Positions 11,133 to 24,330 of a stretch of DNA of 64,000 bases are shown here, in pieces. Under the pieces are notes generated by a model that did no database searches, had not been told where the DNA came from, and worked only from the letters and a program-made list of their open reading frames with translations. Source of the stretch: Octopus vulgaris (lineage: Eukaryota); contig OX597818.1 of assembly GCA_951406725.2 (NCBI GenBank), positions 63,612,001 through 63,676,000 of the forward strand. The letters run 5' to 3'. The translations under genes were made by a program, and so were the position numbers. The stretch's first letter is position 1, and each line of letters begins with the position of its first letter.

Positions 11133-12378
11133 AACCTGTAGTAAATCGCGTAATCGTATGTATTAATGTCATTGGTTTAGAGAAGGTAAAACGCATACAC
11201 ACAGTTTAGCAAGATGCCACAATGTTTCTATGGTAAATTGAAAACCTCTCGATATAAAAGGTTGCACTTTTAAATTTAAGTTCTCTATAATTCTATTATG
11301 TATGCCCCGATCGATTTGTAATAGTTTGATTAATAAAATTTAAATATTCACGTGGATTAGTGTTGTAACTAAATTGTTTACCTTTTAAAGAATTAATGCA
11401 TTACTTTATTTGCATTGTGTTTAAGTGGACAAAATTGAATATAAAATTTTTAAACTGTTTCACATTATATTCATAATGCATACTACATAATTTCAATACA
11501 CTTTCGCTGGGGTATAAATTACTGCCAGATATAAATCTTTGATTATGAAATTGCATAAGTAAAATCTTTTTGTATCAATCTAAAAAAAATTATCCGCAGA
11601 TCATATTAAATTATGAAAAGAAATTAAACAATATAAAGAAAAATATATGTATGCACGTTTCTATATAACTTTTAGCGAATAACATAATGGTACATTACAT
11701 TGCCCATTTATCAAATACATGAAGTATATTACACGATATTAATATACATTATAGAATGTGGACATTGAATACAAATTTATTTAAATACAGTTCTTAATGT
11801 ATGAAAATATGTGCAAATTAGGGAGCATTTACCCAAATATAAATGTGTTGAACACAATCATAATCAAAGCAAATGAAAACATCCTCAAACCCAAATACAA
11901 GTGCAAGCATATGCTCACTCACTCCCTTATTCTCTCTCTCTCTCTCCCTCTCTCCCTCTCATATACAGTGGCACTTAAAAACATCCGTATATATAATGAG
12001 ACTAAACTATAAGTCGGTAACAACGTACACTCAAAAAAATGCATTGCATTTTCCATATCTATCTATCTATGTGTCTTTTATACTATCCGTCTTTTTATCC
12101 ATTTGTCCATCTTTCCATCCATATATATATATTAGAAAATGCTAAAATAATTTCATAAAGCGTTTCAGTACCGGATTCAGTCATTGAGACATTTTCAACT
12201 GTAAGTATGGAAAACAATTGTATTTTGGAAACATTCAAAGAAAAGATTTTAAAAAGAATATTTGTGTAGTATTCAAACATAATGGGCATTTTCCTGTGTT
12301 CGGCCTGTCTCTGTCCCTCTTGGTTAGTCTTGTGGGCTCGAGGACATTGTGAATTCTTGGCAGGAAAGAAGAAGGAGA

Positions 12379-12409
<31 letters not shown>

Positions 12410-12442
12410 AGAAGAAGAAGAAGAAGAAGAAGAAGAAAACGT

Positions 12443-12792
12443 AAAAGGAGGAGAAGGAGGAGAAGAATGCAAGGGTACAATGATAGTAGTGAGATGGTAA
12501 ATGGTCAAGTGACCTGCAAGTGAGGTGTGGATGTAGTAGTGATTGGATTCTTGAGACATCTCTTGAATATTTTGTTTATAAAATTTGCGTAGGTGTTATT
12601 CTAAACAACAATAGTGGCAAGGATAGGAAGAAGAAGAAGAAGAAGAAGAAGAAGAAGAAGAAGAAGAAGAAGAAGAAGAAGAAGAAGAAGAAGAAGAAGA
12701 AGAAACAGAACTCACTTTCAGGGCACTTGACCATTTAACATCTTACTACTATCATGACACTCCCGCATTCTTCTTCTTCTCCTCCTCCTTTT
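12443..12792. repeat. imperfect inverted repeat (arms 12443-12524 / 12711-12792) around (GAA)n
   Basis: gaagaatgc...atgatagtagtgagatggtaaatggtcaagtgacctgcaagtgag versus ctcactttcagggcacttgaccatttaacatcttactactatcat...gcattcttc. Confidence 0.85.
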
Positions 12793-14212
12793 CTTTTTTT
12801 CCTTCCCTGTGTCTGCAGAAACTTAAGAAAAGCCGATAGAAATCATATATAAAGCCATATCTTCAAATATATCTATGACCAAAATTTTCTCCAGAACTGC
12901 ATCACTAATCCCTTAGCTATGATTGAACCAACGTAGAGGACATCTCTTTAATGCGTAACCTACCTTAAAGTAGCATGTATTCGTTAACATTTTGACGTAG
13001 ATTAACTGTCGAAGGCGAATCCTTAAATCAAGTGACATGTGGCAGCCAATATTCTGCATATTAAATAGATTCCATTTTGAGTGTTCGGCACATACATCTC
13101 AATAACTTCTTTGCGATAAATCTTTAGCAATAATAACAAAATCTACAAAGCTATACAGATAATAATCATCTCATACTAGCAAAAAAAGTGCTGAGATGTC
13201 GAAATCTTCCCTTTCTGATAAAGTATTCCCAGGGTTTCACTTGTCTTATAAATTTTGTATATGACATTTAAATGGTTGCTATTAAGGAGAACGGGATGTC
13301 AGTTTTGATTGACTAATGCCAGTTGTTATGTCGACAGGCGCTGCAGCATAATTTCATCAAGTACGGATATTTTTTGTTATTGCTTCCATATAATGCATCT
13401 TAAGTATAGGCATTTTTATTACATTAATATTGCCGTAAATGTTCCTGTCAGAACACATCATTTGATCTATAAAGAACCCCCTGTGTCATTGGCTGGTGAA
13501 GTTTATTTTGTTGGTGTCTTCTTTTCTTTCAAACTAAACTTATACAAATTCACATAAAACGAGATCGTATATTTCCATTTTTATAACGAACTACGCGACA
13601 ATGTTAGACTAATCCAGACAATTGAATTGAAAGTCGGTGTATATAATGCTTACATATTTTATAGTAAATTTTCAATGTATAATAGACAGATATTTCGAAA
13701 CACATAAAACAAACAGCAAATATTACAACGTGTTTAGTTCATTGTTCCAAATTACCTTTACATAAAGTTACCCTTTAAATTGTACATTGAAAGGTATTTA
13801 TAGTTTAAACTCTTTTATACTTAGAAATGTATCGGAGCATCATGGCTTCGTTAAATTATACATTGTTTATCATATGCATATAGTTTAAAAGCCATAAATA
13901 GCAAAAATAGTAGTAATTGGCATTTAGTAGTGACAATTGCTGTCTTCCACATGAATTCCTTTTATGGAGCTCTGTAACCCCCCTTTACCCCATTTCTATA
14001 ATTAGAGCATCTTTATTGCTTCCTTCGACTTAGTTCTCACTCTCACAACCTTACAGCAGTTTGGAACAACCAAATCTTAGTCAGTCAGTTGAGGGACTCC
14101 ACTACCTCATATGTTCTTGAAATTTAAATCTACATATTTGTCTATATATCTACCCTCTCTATAATGTTGACACTTGATTTGAAAATGTTTGTTTAATGGA
14201 AAACCTCTATAA

Positions 14213-14298
14213 TTGGCTGATGAGTACTCAGCATCTTAAATCTGTTGTAATACTTACAACATTCAAAAAAATGATGTAGTATGAAACGATCGTACCAA
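14213..14298 (+). ncRNA. type I hammerhead ribozyme, intact core (family H3)
   Basis: Stem I UUGG/CCAA; CUGAUGA 14217-14223; 59-nt stem II (GUACU/AGUAU base, UGUUGUAA/UUACAACA apex); GAAA 14283-14286; palindromic ACGAUCGU; GUA site, cleavage after 14294. Lies about 135 bp upstream of (TA)n. Confidence 0.88.
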
Positions 14299-14429
14299 AT
14301 TACCGGAGTCATTCTTGTTGCTCATTCTGATTATAATCACCCCACGGATTTTTATGGATAACACCATACAAGATTCTGGTGCATCGAAATTAAGTACCAT
14401 ATTCATTTGAATCTAAATTTTTTGCTGAA

Positions 14430-14481
<52 letters not shown>

Positions 14482-14579
14482 CATCACGTATTAAAGATAG
14501 TTGTGTATATTTATGAGCATTTAGCATTTGTACTACTTGCTCGGATTCATTTGCAAATATAATGATTTTATAATACTTA

Positions 14580-14620
<41 letters not shown>

Positions 14621-15008
14621 GGAGATGTTATGCAACATATTTCCACTAAACAAATCTTTACATTTATTAACGAGACGATGAAAACAAGTGAGATCTTCAT
14701 TATTTTTTCTTGGAATGTTAACCAATATTCTGTACAGAATACAGTGTCTTAATATCTCACAAATGTAACTACACCGCATTATAATAACTTTTGTTCATCT
14801 TTAGTTTAACGATTTTCTGATACAACTTTTGGTAGAACGATAGGAAGAGCTGAGTATTGTTTCAACATACCCATTGCAAATTAACTTCGCAATTATACTC
14901 AACAAAATGTTCAGCTAATCTTAATGCATATGTAATATGTAGTCTATGTATATATGTATGTATGTATGTATATATATATATATATATCTGTCTGTCTATC
15001 TCTGTCTG

Positions 15009-15060
<52 letters not shown>

Positions 15061-15061
<1 letters not shown>

Positions 15062-15392
15062 TGAGTAGGCTATCTCATTCAAATGGTCCTTGAATAGGGG
15101 TTGATTAAGGATGCTGAACAAAACACCAATGAATCCCTCTCAATACATGGCTATGATGATTTTCTACTACTTCTGCTCATGATCAGAGATACACATATTG
15201 TCATCCAACAAGGGACATGCTCAACTACTTACGCTCAACCAACTGACAAGCAAATTCGTAGCATTGAGCAGAATATTTGCTTTAGACCATATTTTATACT
15301 AAGACGAAGCAATGTACATGATAACACTTCCAATCAGTTAAGATCAATATTTATGTGGGACACTGCCTGGTAGTGCATCGGGGTATTGAATT
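15061..15392. mobile_element. partial copy of unclassified interspersed repeat (homologous to 15700-16043)
   Basis: Shares ctacttctgctc.tgatcagagat.cacatat...atgataacacttccaatcagttaagat with the next copy; flanked by (TATC)n and (CTT)n. Confidence 0.75.
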
Positions 15393-15401
15393 ATTCTTAA
15401 T

Positions 15402-15493
15402 CTTCTTCTTCTTCTTCTTCTTCTTCTTCTTCTTCTTCTTCTTCTTCTTCTTCTTCTTCTTCTTCTTCTTCTTCTTCTTCTTCTTCTTCTTCT
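15402..15493. repeat. (CTT)n microsatellite
   Basis: Direct reading. Confidence 0.98.
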
Positions 15494-15517
15494 TTTTCTT
15501 GGTATTATTATTGAGTG

Positions 15518-16043
15518 AGAGAGCAGAGCATGCCATCAAATTTACACTGGGGTAAACTATACGAAGCCCAATATAGCCATCATGACTACACGTATGATAA
15601 GAGTACACCAGGCACATGCATCACAACCATATGTGCGCGACATGGTGATCTCATATCAAGATAAACAGCGCATAAACTTGCAGGTGAGGCCCAGTTAGAA
15701 TTTTCTTCACGTTGAGTAACCCATCCATCTCAAAAGGTCCCTGTATAAGTGTTGTTTAAGGATGTCGAACGAACCACCCATGTTTCCAAAGGTGAATTAT
15801 TCAAACCTCCGAAAATCCCTCTCAACACAAGGCTATGATGCTCCCCCACTACTTCTGCTCGTGATCAGAGATGCACATATCGTCAGCCACTAAGGGACAT
15901 GGTCAACTGGTTAAGGTCAAACAACTGAAAAGCAAATCTGTAGTATTGAGCAGAATATTTGCTGTAGCCCATATTTTATACAAAGACAAAACAATGGACA
16001 TGATAACACTTCCAATCAGTTAAGATAAGCCATGAAAGCCACT
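15518..16043. mobile_element. unclassified ~520-bp interspersed repeat between trinucleotide tracts
   Basis: Second, longer copy of 15061-15392; no ORF recognised. Confidence 0.7.
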
Positions 16044-16063
16044 ATAATTGTTGTTGTTCTTGC

Positions 16064-16124
<61 letters not shown>

Positions 16125-16144
16125 ATTATTGACTTTATTATTAT

Positions 16145-16360
16145 TTTCTCTTTATCACAGGTTTTGTCGGAGATCCTAGATTCTTAACTGCGTAGTGGGC
16201 TTACTACATGCAGCCAACTGTACCATGCTATTCCTTCTTTCCAGCTAACCAGTATCCGATTTTCTTGGCCGTGCCAAGGAGGCGAACCTTTTGCAACAGT
16301 TCTGGGCACACTATTCCAGTTTCCTTCATATTGCTCTTGATGCCTTCTGATATTGTTTAG
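16145..16360 (-). mobile_element. R4/Dong-clade non-LTR 3' fragment with (TAA)n tail
   Basis: Minus frame TISEGIKSNMKETGIVCPELLQKVRLLGTAKKIG matches the LQK..LLGTA.I C-terminus of RLE-type elements; (TAA)n tail at 16064-16143. Confidence 0.7.
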
Positions 16361-16427
16361 ATACTGTTGCGGAAGTTAAAGACTTTGTGTCTAAGAAGAA
16401 ACTAGTTCCATTATATATATATATATA

Positions 16428-16875
16428 TCTCTTATTATAAAAGGCAGATTTTATCTGCCTCCCTTTGGGAGTTATACAAATCTACAATATAGGATTTCTT
16501 CAATTACAATTTACCTAGCATTTTTAAGAGTACAATGCATCGCGTCATGCCAGGTCCAGTTTTTAAAATTTAAACTCCAATTAAGCAAAATTTACAGAAA
16601 ACTCACATTCTGGTGTGTGTGTCAAATGCTTTTCTTAGTCTGGTTTACACCACACGCAAACGCACACACACAGTGGGCAACGAATAAAGTGAAACTAGAT
16701 GTAATATCTGTTTCTCTCTATCACGCTGATAGATACATGAGTAAAATGTATGGGAAGCTAACACATAAGTGTGAGTGAAAATGTTCTTAGAAGAGAGTAA
16801 ATAGCCAGAGATAGTGATTTGAGGAAGACTTTACATTAAATAACCGTAGTGGCTTGTGTTAGTAATAAAGTAAAC
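16428..16875 (+). mobile_element. possible non-autonomous Helitron 5' part
   Basis: Starts A|TCTCTTATTATAAAA after (TA)n, followed by hairpin AGGCAGAT-TTT-ATCTGCCT; no 3' CTRR end found. Confidence 0.4.
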
Positions 16876-16973
16876 ATACACTCATACATACATACACACA
16901 CACACATACATACATACACACACACATACATGCATACACACATACATACATACATACATATACATACATACAT

Positions 16974-17004
<31 letters not shown>

Positions 17005-17234
17005 TACACACACACACATTATTGAAGCTTGAGAACAATCAGATACATTTGCAACACATCTGTTGAAAATATTATTGTTCACACACATACATATACATAT
17101 ATACATACAGACAGACAGATAGACACACACACACACACACATGATCCAGCATGGCCACAACCTCAAGGCTGAAACATATAAAAGAATAACAAAATATAAA
17201 TGTGTGCATATGTGTGTGAGAGAGAGTGTGTGTG

Positions 17235-17266
<32 letters not shown>

Positions 17267-17283
17267 TGTATGTATATATATAT

Positions 17284-17715
17284 AATAATGCGGTTTTTTC
17301 AACAGCTTGAACTAAAAGTCAGAGGGGAATGGGATAAACTACTTATATTAACTTGCTATAAAAGCAGGTAGTAATTTTATCTTGTCCTTATTCATAGTGC
17401 AAGTTTTGAAGAGTGCATTTCGATTTTAACAGCTATTTTTTTCAAAGCTATATTGGAACAGCCTAGAAGACGAGCCTCATCCTGAAAAATCTGTAGAACT
17501 CGACAAGGACATCCTGAAAACCCTGGTGGAACAAAATCTCATCGTAACTGTTGAGGAACTAGCAGAGAAGCTTGGATTTGGTCATTCAACCGTTCATTGA
17601 GACCTGTGTGCTATCGGAAAAGTCAGCAAATTGGGTCAATGGGTTCCTCACGAACTTTCCGAGTCTAATTGCATGCAGAGAGTGAATGTATGCTTTTCTT
17701 TGCTGTCACATCTCA
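17284..17715 (+). mobile_element. mariner transposon remnant (TIR remnant plus N-terminal transposase pseudogene)
   Basis: aataatgcggtttttt TIR-like end. The frame from 17460 reads SLEDEPHPEKSVELDKDILKTLVEQNLIVTVEELAEKLGFGHSTVH*DLCAIGKVSKLGQWVPHELSE, with WVPHEL at 17640-17657. Confidence 0.92.
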
Positions 17716-17735
17716 CCACTACTGCGCTATGTATA

Positions 17736-18371
17736 TCTATATATATAAAACTGTAGTTGTGTGAGTGTCTGTCCCCTTCGATTTAGATTCCTAACTACTC
17801 CCACATTTTGCGGTGCAGTTTAACCAAATTCGGGTAGCTTATAGTCGTGATTCATATCGAGCCCGTCTGAGTATTAGCGCGTGTCTATAATGAGTCTACG
17901 ATTTTAAAAATAATTTAACATCATTTTTTATTCCATTTTAATGCATAATTTTTCGTGTGTCGATGGCGGCGGAGTTGGCGTCCACGCTCACACCTGCACC
18001 TGTGGGGAAGGGAGTGTAAGGAAATCAACGTCGTAATGCGTTGTCAAAGAGACCAGCGTTCTTTTAGAACAACGACTTCATGGCTTGAAGACACCAAAAC
18101 AGAAATGGCTAAGAAAGCGTCTACATGAGTCTACGATTTAAAAAAAAATTGCCATCGTTTTTTTTCCATTTTAATGCATTTTTCCGCTATTATATAAGGG
18201 AAGTAACTCTCTAAAAATGTCTACGATGAGTCAACGATTTTTCAAAAAATTTACCATCATATTTTTTCCATTTTTAATGCATTTTTTGCTATTTTTTGGC
18301 TATAACTCTCTAAAAATGCTTATATAGTTATTTCCCTTACAAACCCGAGCAACGCCGGGCGATACTGCTTG
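17736..18371 (+). mobile_element. non-autonomous Helitron
   Basis: 5' A|TCTATATATATAAAA; subterminal GC hairpin CCCGAGCAACGCCGGG at 18344-18359; 3' CTTG|T (CTAG variant); three internal ~60-bp subrepeats at about 17881, 18118 and 18218. Confidence 0.8.
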
Positions 18372-18372
18372 T

Positions 18373-18426
<54 letters not shown>

Positions 18427-18747
18427 TTATGCTATAGTGCTTTGTGAGAAATCTGTTAAGGTTCGCTTGTCCGTATATTCTTGTATCTGTTATTTTCTTG
18501 TATGTGTAATCTTTAGTTTTCCGAATGGGGGTTTTAACTCTTATTTATAGCGGTTAGAGAGTTTAATGTGTCTTTTGATTAATAAAATCAAAGGACACAT
18601 TTAATATTATAGCTATTTTACGCTGATTTAGCTATGCAACCATCTTTATTTATATTGTTGTTATTATGAACTATTTGTATTGACTTTGATAATAATACCA
18701 ATATTAATATCTATATAAATATTCGATTCTGCAATCTTTTACTGCTG

Positions 18748-18814
<67 letters not shown>

Positions 18815-18816
<2 letters not shown>

Positions 18817-18970
18817 ATGGGCTTCTTTCGGTTTCCGCCTAACAAAACTACTCACAAGGACGTTTCAGGCCCGAGGGTGTAGTACAAGACACCGAAGATG
18901 TCACACAGTGTGACTGAAGCCGATACCCTGCGGTTGTTAAGCAACCTACTTACCGCACACCCTTTCCTGC
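18815..18970 (-). mobile_element. decayed SINE family A head
   Basis: gatgggcttctttcggtttccg...actcacaagg...agcaacctacttaccgcac. Confidence 0.7.
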
Positions 18971-18979
18971 ATGAGTTTA

Positions 18980-19037
<58 letters not shown>

Positions 19038-19658
19038 CGTGTGATTTTGTATACACACAGATATATGTGCTCGAATGTTTGTAAGTATGATAACCGAATC
19101 TATTAATATCATGAAGCAGAAAGAAATATTACACAAGCATAAAGGACATCCAATGCAAGAATATCGTCATGCTTAGAGAGTATCGAAAAAGAAAATAATG
19201 GAAATTAGGGGACATAACATATCCTATGAAATTATGAGTTCTAGATAATATTCCTAACAGCTGAAGGTAGAAACCTGGCATGATTTCCCTTTTGAAAATG
19301 ATAACAATCTTCTACAGTGGGATAAGTAATGAAAAACCGTATGCGATCTTCAAATAGAACCACTAAATAAGAAAGACATAAACTTAAAGAAATTAAAAAA
19401 AGAAGAAGGAAGAACGGAAAAAGAACAGTTAGATACGGAATCGTAAAACAAAATAAAGGTACATTCAGGCTCAATGGACTTCCTGGATGCGGATGTGAAG
19501 AACAATAGGACTGGAATTAATCAAGTGAACTCTGCAGTCTCCACACTATCCACAAGGAATCTTTGTATTTTCTTAAACATCTTTGCATAGGACATTTGGA
19601 TATTAGCAAACTGCGTGGAATTAAATGTGTGTGTATGTGTGTGTGTGTGTGAGTATAA

Positions 19659-19702
<44 letters not shown>

Positions 19703-20509
19703 CTAGCTATAGAGAGAAAGAGAGATACAAATATACATAAACATATATTTGAATACACTACAAATATTAATAGAATAGATAACATGAACGCACAAGTAAA
19801 TAGAAATGAAATTAATCTTAGATACAGATATCCTATACAATTAATTGCACCCGATATCAAAGAATCCCAAAGGCAATTGACCATGTGATCCTTGCTAAAT
19901 CAAAAAGAATCCATCATTAAGACAAGCAGCTAAGTGTTTTGAAGGAAACAAACATCTTGGCTCCAACCGGATATGAATCTACAGATAACTTTGTATTGGC
20001 AAATGAGAATCTAATACAACCAAACAAGAATAAAAGTAGAAGGCGCGTTGGTGGTAAATGCAGAGGAAAGTACTCGCTGCCAATTGCGGGAATTCATTAG
20101 GAAATGTGAAAAAGAAAACTAACACCTCACGATATCAATGGAACAAGCGTCCAAGCGATAGTTTATTGTTGCAAAACAGAAACAAACGAAACTACTTAGA
20201 TATGGTGAAGTGCCAAATTATTTCCTTTAATAGCTTACACCTTGCTGCAGAGATATCAAAACAGTTGCTGAATGAGCCAAAAACAACAGTTGGACCGTTC
20301 AATAAGTAGGAAAAAAATATTAGTAAATGAGAAAACATAATAGCTCCAAAACATTGTGTACACCTATAAACCTTTTGCCAAATTTATTCAGAGTTATTTT
20401 TCCTGAATCATATTAGGAAACATAATTGTTTAACAACAGTGCAATACGACATATTTCGAGAAATATGAATGGTATCTACGGGAACATGATATCCATTTCT
20501 TCTCTAGGA

Positions 20510-21052
20510 ACAAATCCCGAAATTTTGGGAGAGAAGCCAGTCGATTAAATCGACCCAAGTACGCATCGACTCCCAAAGAATGAAAGGCAAAGTCGACCTC
20601 GGCGGAATTTGAACTAAGAACGTAATGACAGACGAAATACCTATTTCTTTACTACCCACAAGGGGCTAAACACAGAGGGGACAAACAAGGACAGATAAGC
20701 GGATTAAGCCGATTATATCGACGCCAGTGCGTAACTGGTACTTATTTAATCGACCCCGAAAGGATGAAAGGCAAAGTTGACCTCGGCGGAATTTGAACTA
20801 AGAACATAGCGGCAGACGAAATACCTATTTCTTTATTACCCACAAGGGGCTAAACATAGAGGGGACAAACAAGGGCAGACATAGGTATTAAGTCGATTAC
20901 ATCAACCCCAGTGCGTAAGTGGTACTTAATTTATCGACCCCGTAAGAATGAAATGTAAAGTTGACCTCGGTGGAATTTGAACTCAGAACGTAACGGCAGA
21001 CGAAATACCGCTAAGCATTTCGCCCGGCGTGCTAACGTCCCTGCCAGATCGC
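20510..21052 (-). mobile_element. tRNA-headed SINE family C (Meta/MESC-like core), tandem trimer with 184-bp period
   Basis: gacgaaatacc recurs at 20631, 20815 and 20999. Minus-strand core CTTTCATCCTTTCGGGGTCGATTAAATAAGTACCAG; head present only on the first unit; monomer at 62422-62625. Confidence 0.85.
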
Positions 21053-21329
21053 CAACTTTACGCGAATCTGATATTGCCAAAGATATGTGATGATCAAAAA
21101 ATATCAGAAGAAAGGAAATCTATACACTTTTTCTCTGCGGTTTGGAAGTGTTCGACTTCCAAACGTGACCTCGATCGTATCTACTCACAAATACCCATGT
21201 ATGTTGAAGTGACTGTCAGTCATTGAGTTAGGATCGAAAGAAATTATTTTGTGGACAACTGTCAGTAATAACATTGTCGTTGTCAAGGAGACTTAGTTAC
21301 ATCCTGCTTCCTCTCAGCCTCTTTACTCT

Positions 21330-21375
<46 letters not shown>

Positions 21376-22180
21376 TCGTTTTGTTTTGCTTCTTTATTGA
21401 TTTGATCAAAGTTTGAGAGTTCCTTTCTCTTATTTCCTAAAACTTCCTGAATATTCAATTTCCATGTTTCTTGCTTGAAATTTCATATTTCGGCATAAAC
21501 AGACTTAAATCTATACCACTTTACTTTTTGTAACCAGTGTGGCTGTTGCTTATAATATCTCATTATTCACTTGTTGATGCCTCTATCTATAAACTTAGGT
21601 GCAATTACCAGCTTTGTGAATTTTATAACCGTCGGCATTTTGTTGTTGGCAGATGCAAACATCTGCTCAGATGAGAATCTATTGTGCATTATTCTTCAAT
21701 TATACTTAATCTTATAGTGCCCCTATCATAATTTGCCACTTCAGATTTTTCACTTGAATCTTTCCTAACAACACTTCTGTTAAAATTTTAATTGTGTTGT
21801 TTCGTTTTTCATTATTGTGTTCATACCTCGATAAACTTCAATGGCCCTATCTTCTATAGCACGCAATAGCTTTATTTTCTTTGTTTGTTCCTGGAGTATT
21901 TTATTGTTTTTTTTTGTCTTTAATCGTTTTGAGATCGTAATGCAGTCTGTCTGCAATCATCTTCTATTTCAGTTTGCGATATTTCGTTCGCTTAGAGAAC
22001 ATATTTCCATAATTTGTCAAACAATTCAGCCAGACGTTAGTGATACGCTCCAGCCCTGGGGTCTTCCATTTCGAGGGGGAGAGGGGGGAGAAGGAAGGAG
22101 AGGAGAAGAATTATTATCATTATTATCATTATTATCATTATTATTATTATTATCATCATCATCATCATCATCATCATCAT

Positions 22181-24254
22181 AGATGTCGCACAGTATACAA
22201 TATTGTGTGGTGCTGATTGAATAAACTGTGTTCATCGGAGCTTTGAAGTGTTTGTCGTTTCACAACTAGGACTTCAGACTGAAAGTACTTTACTCAATAT
22301 GCATGCAGATCGAAGTAATGCCGAATTTTAGAATACACCTAAATTGTAGGGATTTCTAAAGTTTTCCGATGTTTCTTCTCAGCTTAGGTGGTATTGAACC
22401 AAATTCTCCGATGACAATCGGGATAACCTTTATATTTGACTCTCGTGGCTGCCACATTTCAGCCATCTCAATTCTCAGGTCTCTATATTTATCAATCTTT
22501 TCTCTTTCTTTCATGATGGTATTGTGATATCCTGGCACTGCCACGTCAGTTATTAGGTACCCTTGTTTTCCCTTCTAAATGTTACCCTGCCCTGCCTTCT
22601 GTGCTCTAATACCTTTTCTGTCTGGAAGTGAAAGTCGCAGAGGATTCTTGCTTTCCTCTTGTCGTCTATTACTTACGGTGTATGTTAGTACCAAACACCC
22701 GAAACCTCATATACTTACGGCCATTGGGTTATTTGGGCTAACTTGTGGTGTCTACGCATGTGCTCTTTCCGCGCAAGACTTCCACAAGTACTAAGAATAT
22801 GAGCCATTCTTTCGGCCCTCATTCCCAAACATTCTGCAGAGGTCCGTTGCACTTGTGTGGTATATATTCTTTTTCACTAAGTTGGAATACAATGCCTGGT
22901 CCTGGGCAGCGATGTTTAGGCTAGCGGTATTCTTTTTAAGTCACTCTCGTTAAGCCGCTTCCATGATCATTGCTGCTCTTTTAATTTATTGGTTTCGCGA
23001 TGGAATTGACCATGTAATTCCGTACAGATTAGGGCTTCTTCTCATTCATTGGATGTTCTTGTTCAAAATTCATGAGCACTTTCAAGTTCATTTTTGTTAC
23101 ATCCTTCTACATTAGCAGCATTCTGTAGTGGGTCTCAATTATTGTTTACCAAATATTTTGCCATGTTTAAACTTTCACAGTTAATGCACTCTTTTACACT
23201 AATCATCCCACGTCCACCTGTAGCCCTCTCCATGTAGAGCCTCTGTACATGCGCCTTAGGGTGGAGTGCACCATACGTTGTCATTGTCTTTCGGATTGTG
23301 CGATCGAATTGGTTAATCTCCGCTTGTGTCCATTTCAAAATAGGTGAATTATAGTGGACTACAGTAGCCGCCCATATGATGGCTGTTACAAGGTTCCTTG
23401 TGTTGAGCTTTGATTTCAAGAGAAGTTTGAGGCGCTTGAAATATGCAATGGTGACCTTGTCTTTAATTTCTCTGTTCAAGATATTGTCCACCTCCAGGGT
23501 CCCAAGGTACTTGTACGCATCATCATTCGGGTCTATTATTTCTCCGTTTGGCAATTCTATGCCGCTACAATTTACTCTTTTCGTCCGCTTCAAAGTAAGC
23601 ACCGCACCCTTTAAGATACCCAATTCCATCTCTATATCCTTGCTGCACATATGCACAGTCTCAACCAGCCTCTCCATTTAAAGCCGTGTTTTTGCGGAGT
23701 TTAAAATCATCCATGAAGAGAAAGTGGTTCAGACGTGGCCCATTCCTTCTCAGCTCATAGTGGGCGTCGAGTTTGCGTAAGACTACAGAAAGTGGGATCA
23801 AGACTTTAACAAATAACAGAGGTTAACAAGAGTCTCCATGGAAGATACTTCTTTTGATTGTTACTTCGGTTACATTCTGGTTGTTACAAGACGTGTTTTC
23901 TAACTAGGCATGCAGTCCTTCATCAGTGCACACACTTTCTCAGCTCTTCCAAACATGCCGAGTGTTTCCAAAATCCACGAATGCGGCCACATGTCGTAAG
24001 ATTTTTTATATTATCCAAGCTATGTATTAAATTTTTCGTACTGTTTACAATTCTTCATTATAACCTTGTCTATCACAAGGTGGTCCCTGGTGCCCTTGGA
24101 TCCTTTCTGTTTTACTAGCAATAGATTGTTTTCCGCAAGGGGGCTTCTCGTTAATAATTTCCATAAGAGGTTAAGACAAACACAGTGTCGGTAATTGCCA
24201 ACCTCATTGCCCTTCGACATTGCCCTTCATTAACAATATTGGTTTTCTATTTTG

Positions 24255-24255
<1 letters not shown>
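22181..24255 (-). mobile_element. 5'-truncated, frameshifted R4/Dong-clade non-LTR retrotransposon (RT plus restriction-like endonuclease)
   Basis: RT motifs GNYRHCVCLNLLWKLLT, KGTRDHLVID, NHFLFMDDFK (23700-23729), YKYLG, RLYMERATGGRG, AAQDQAL. RLE region ILCDFHFQTEKVLEHRR...DVAVPG...EREKIDKYRDL...IPIVIGEFGS. Flanked by (TCA)n/(TTA)n at both ends. Confidence 0.93.

Positions 24256-24330
<75 letters not shown>
24256..24330. repeat. (TCA)n microsatellite at the 5' junction of the R4/Dong element
   Basis: Direct reading. Confidence 0.97.

Noticed and set aside
18440-18620. Possible PLE ORF remnant on minus (YGQANLNRFLTK)
   Set aside because: Too short and interrupted by stops to support.
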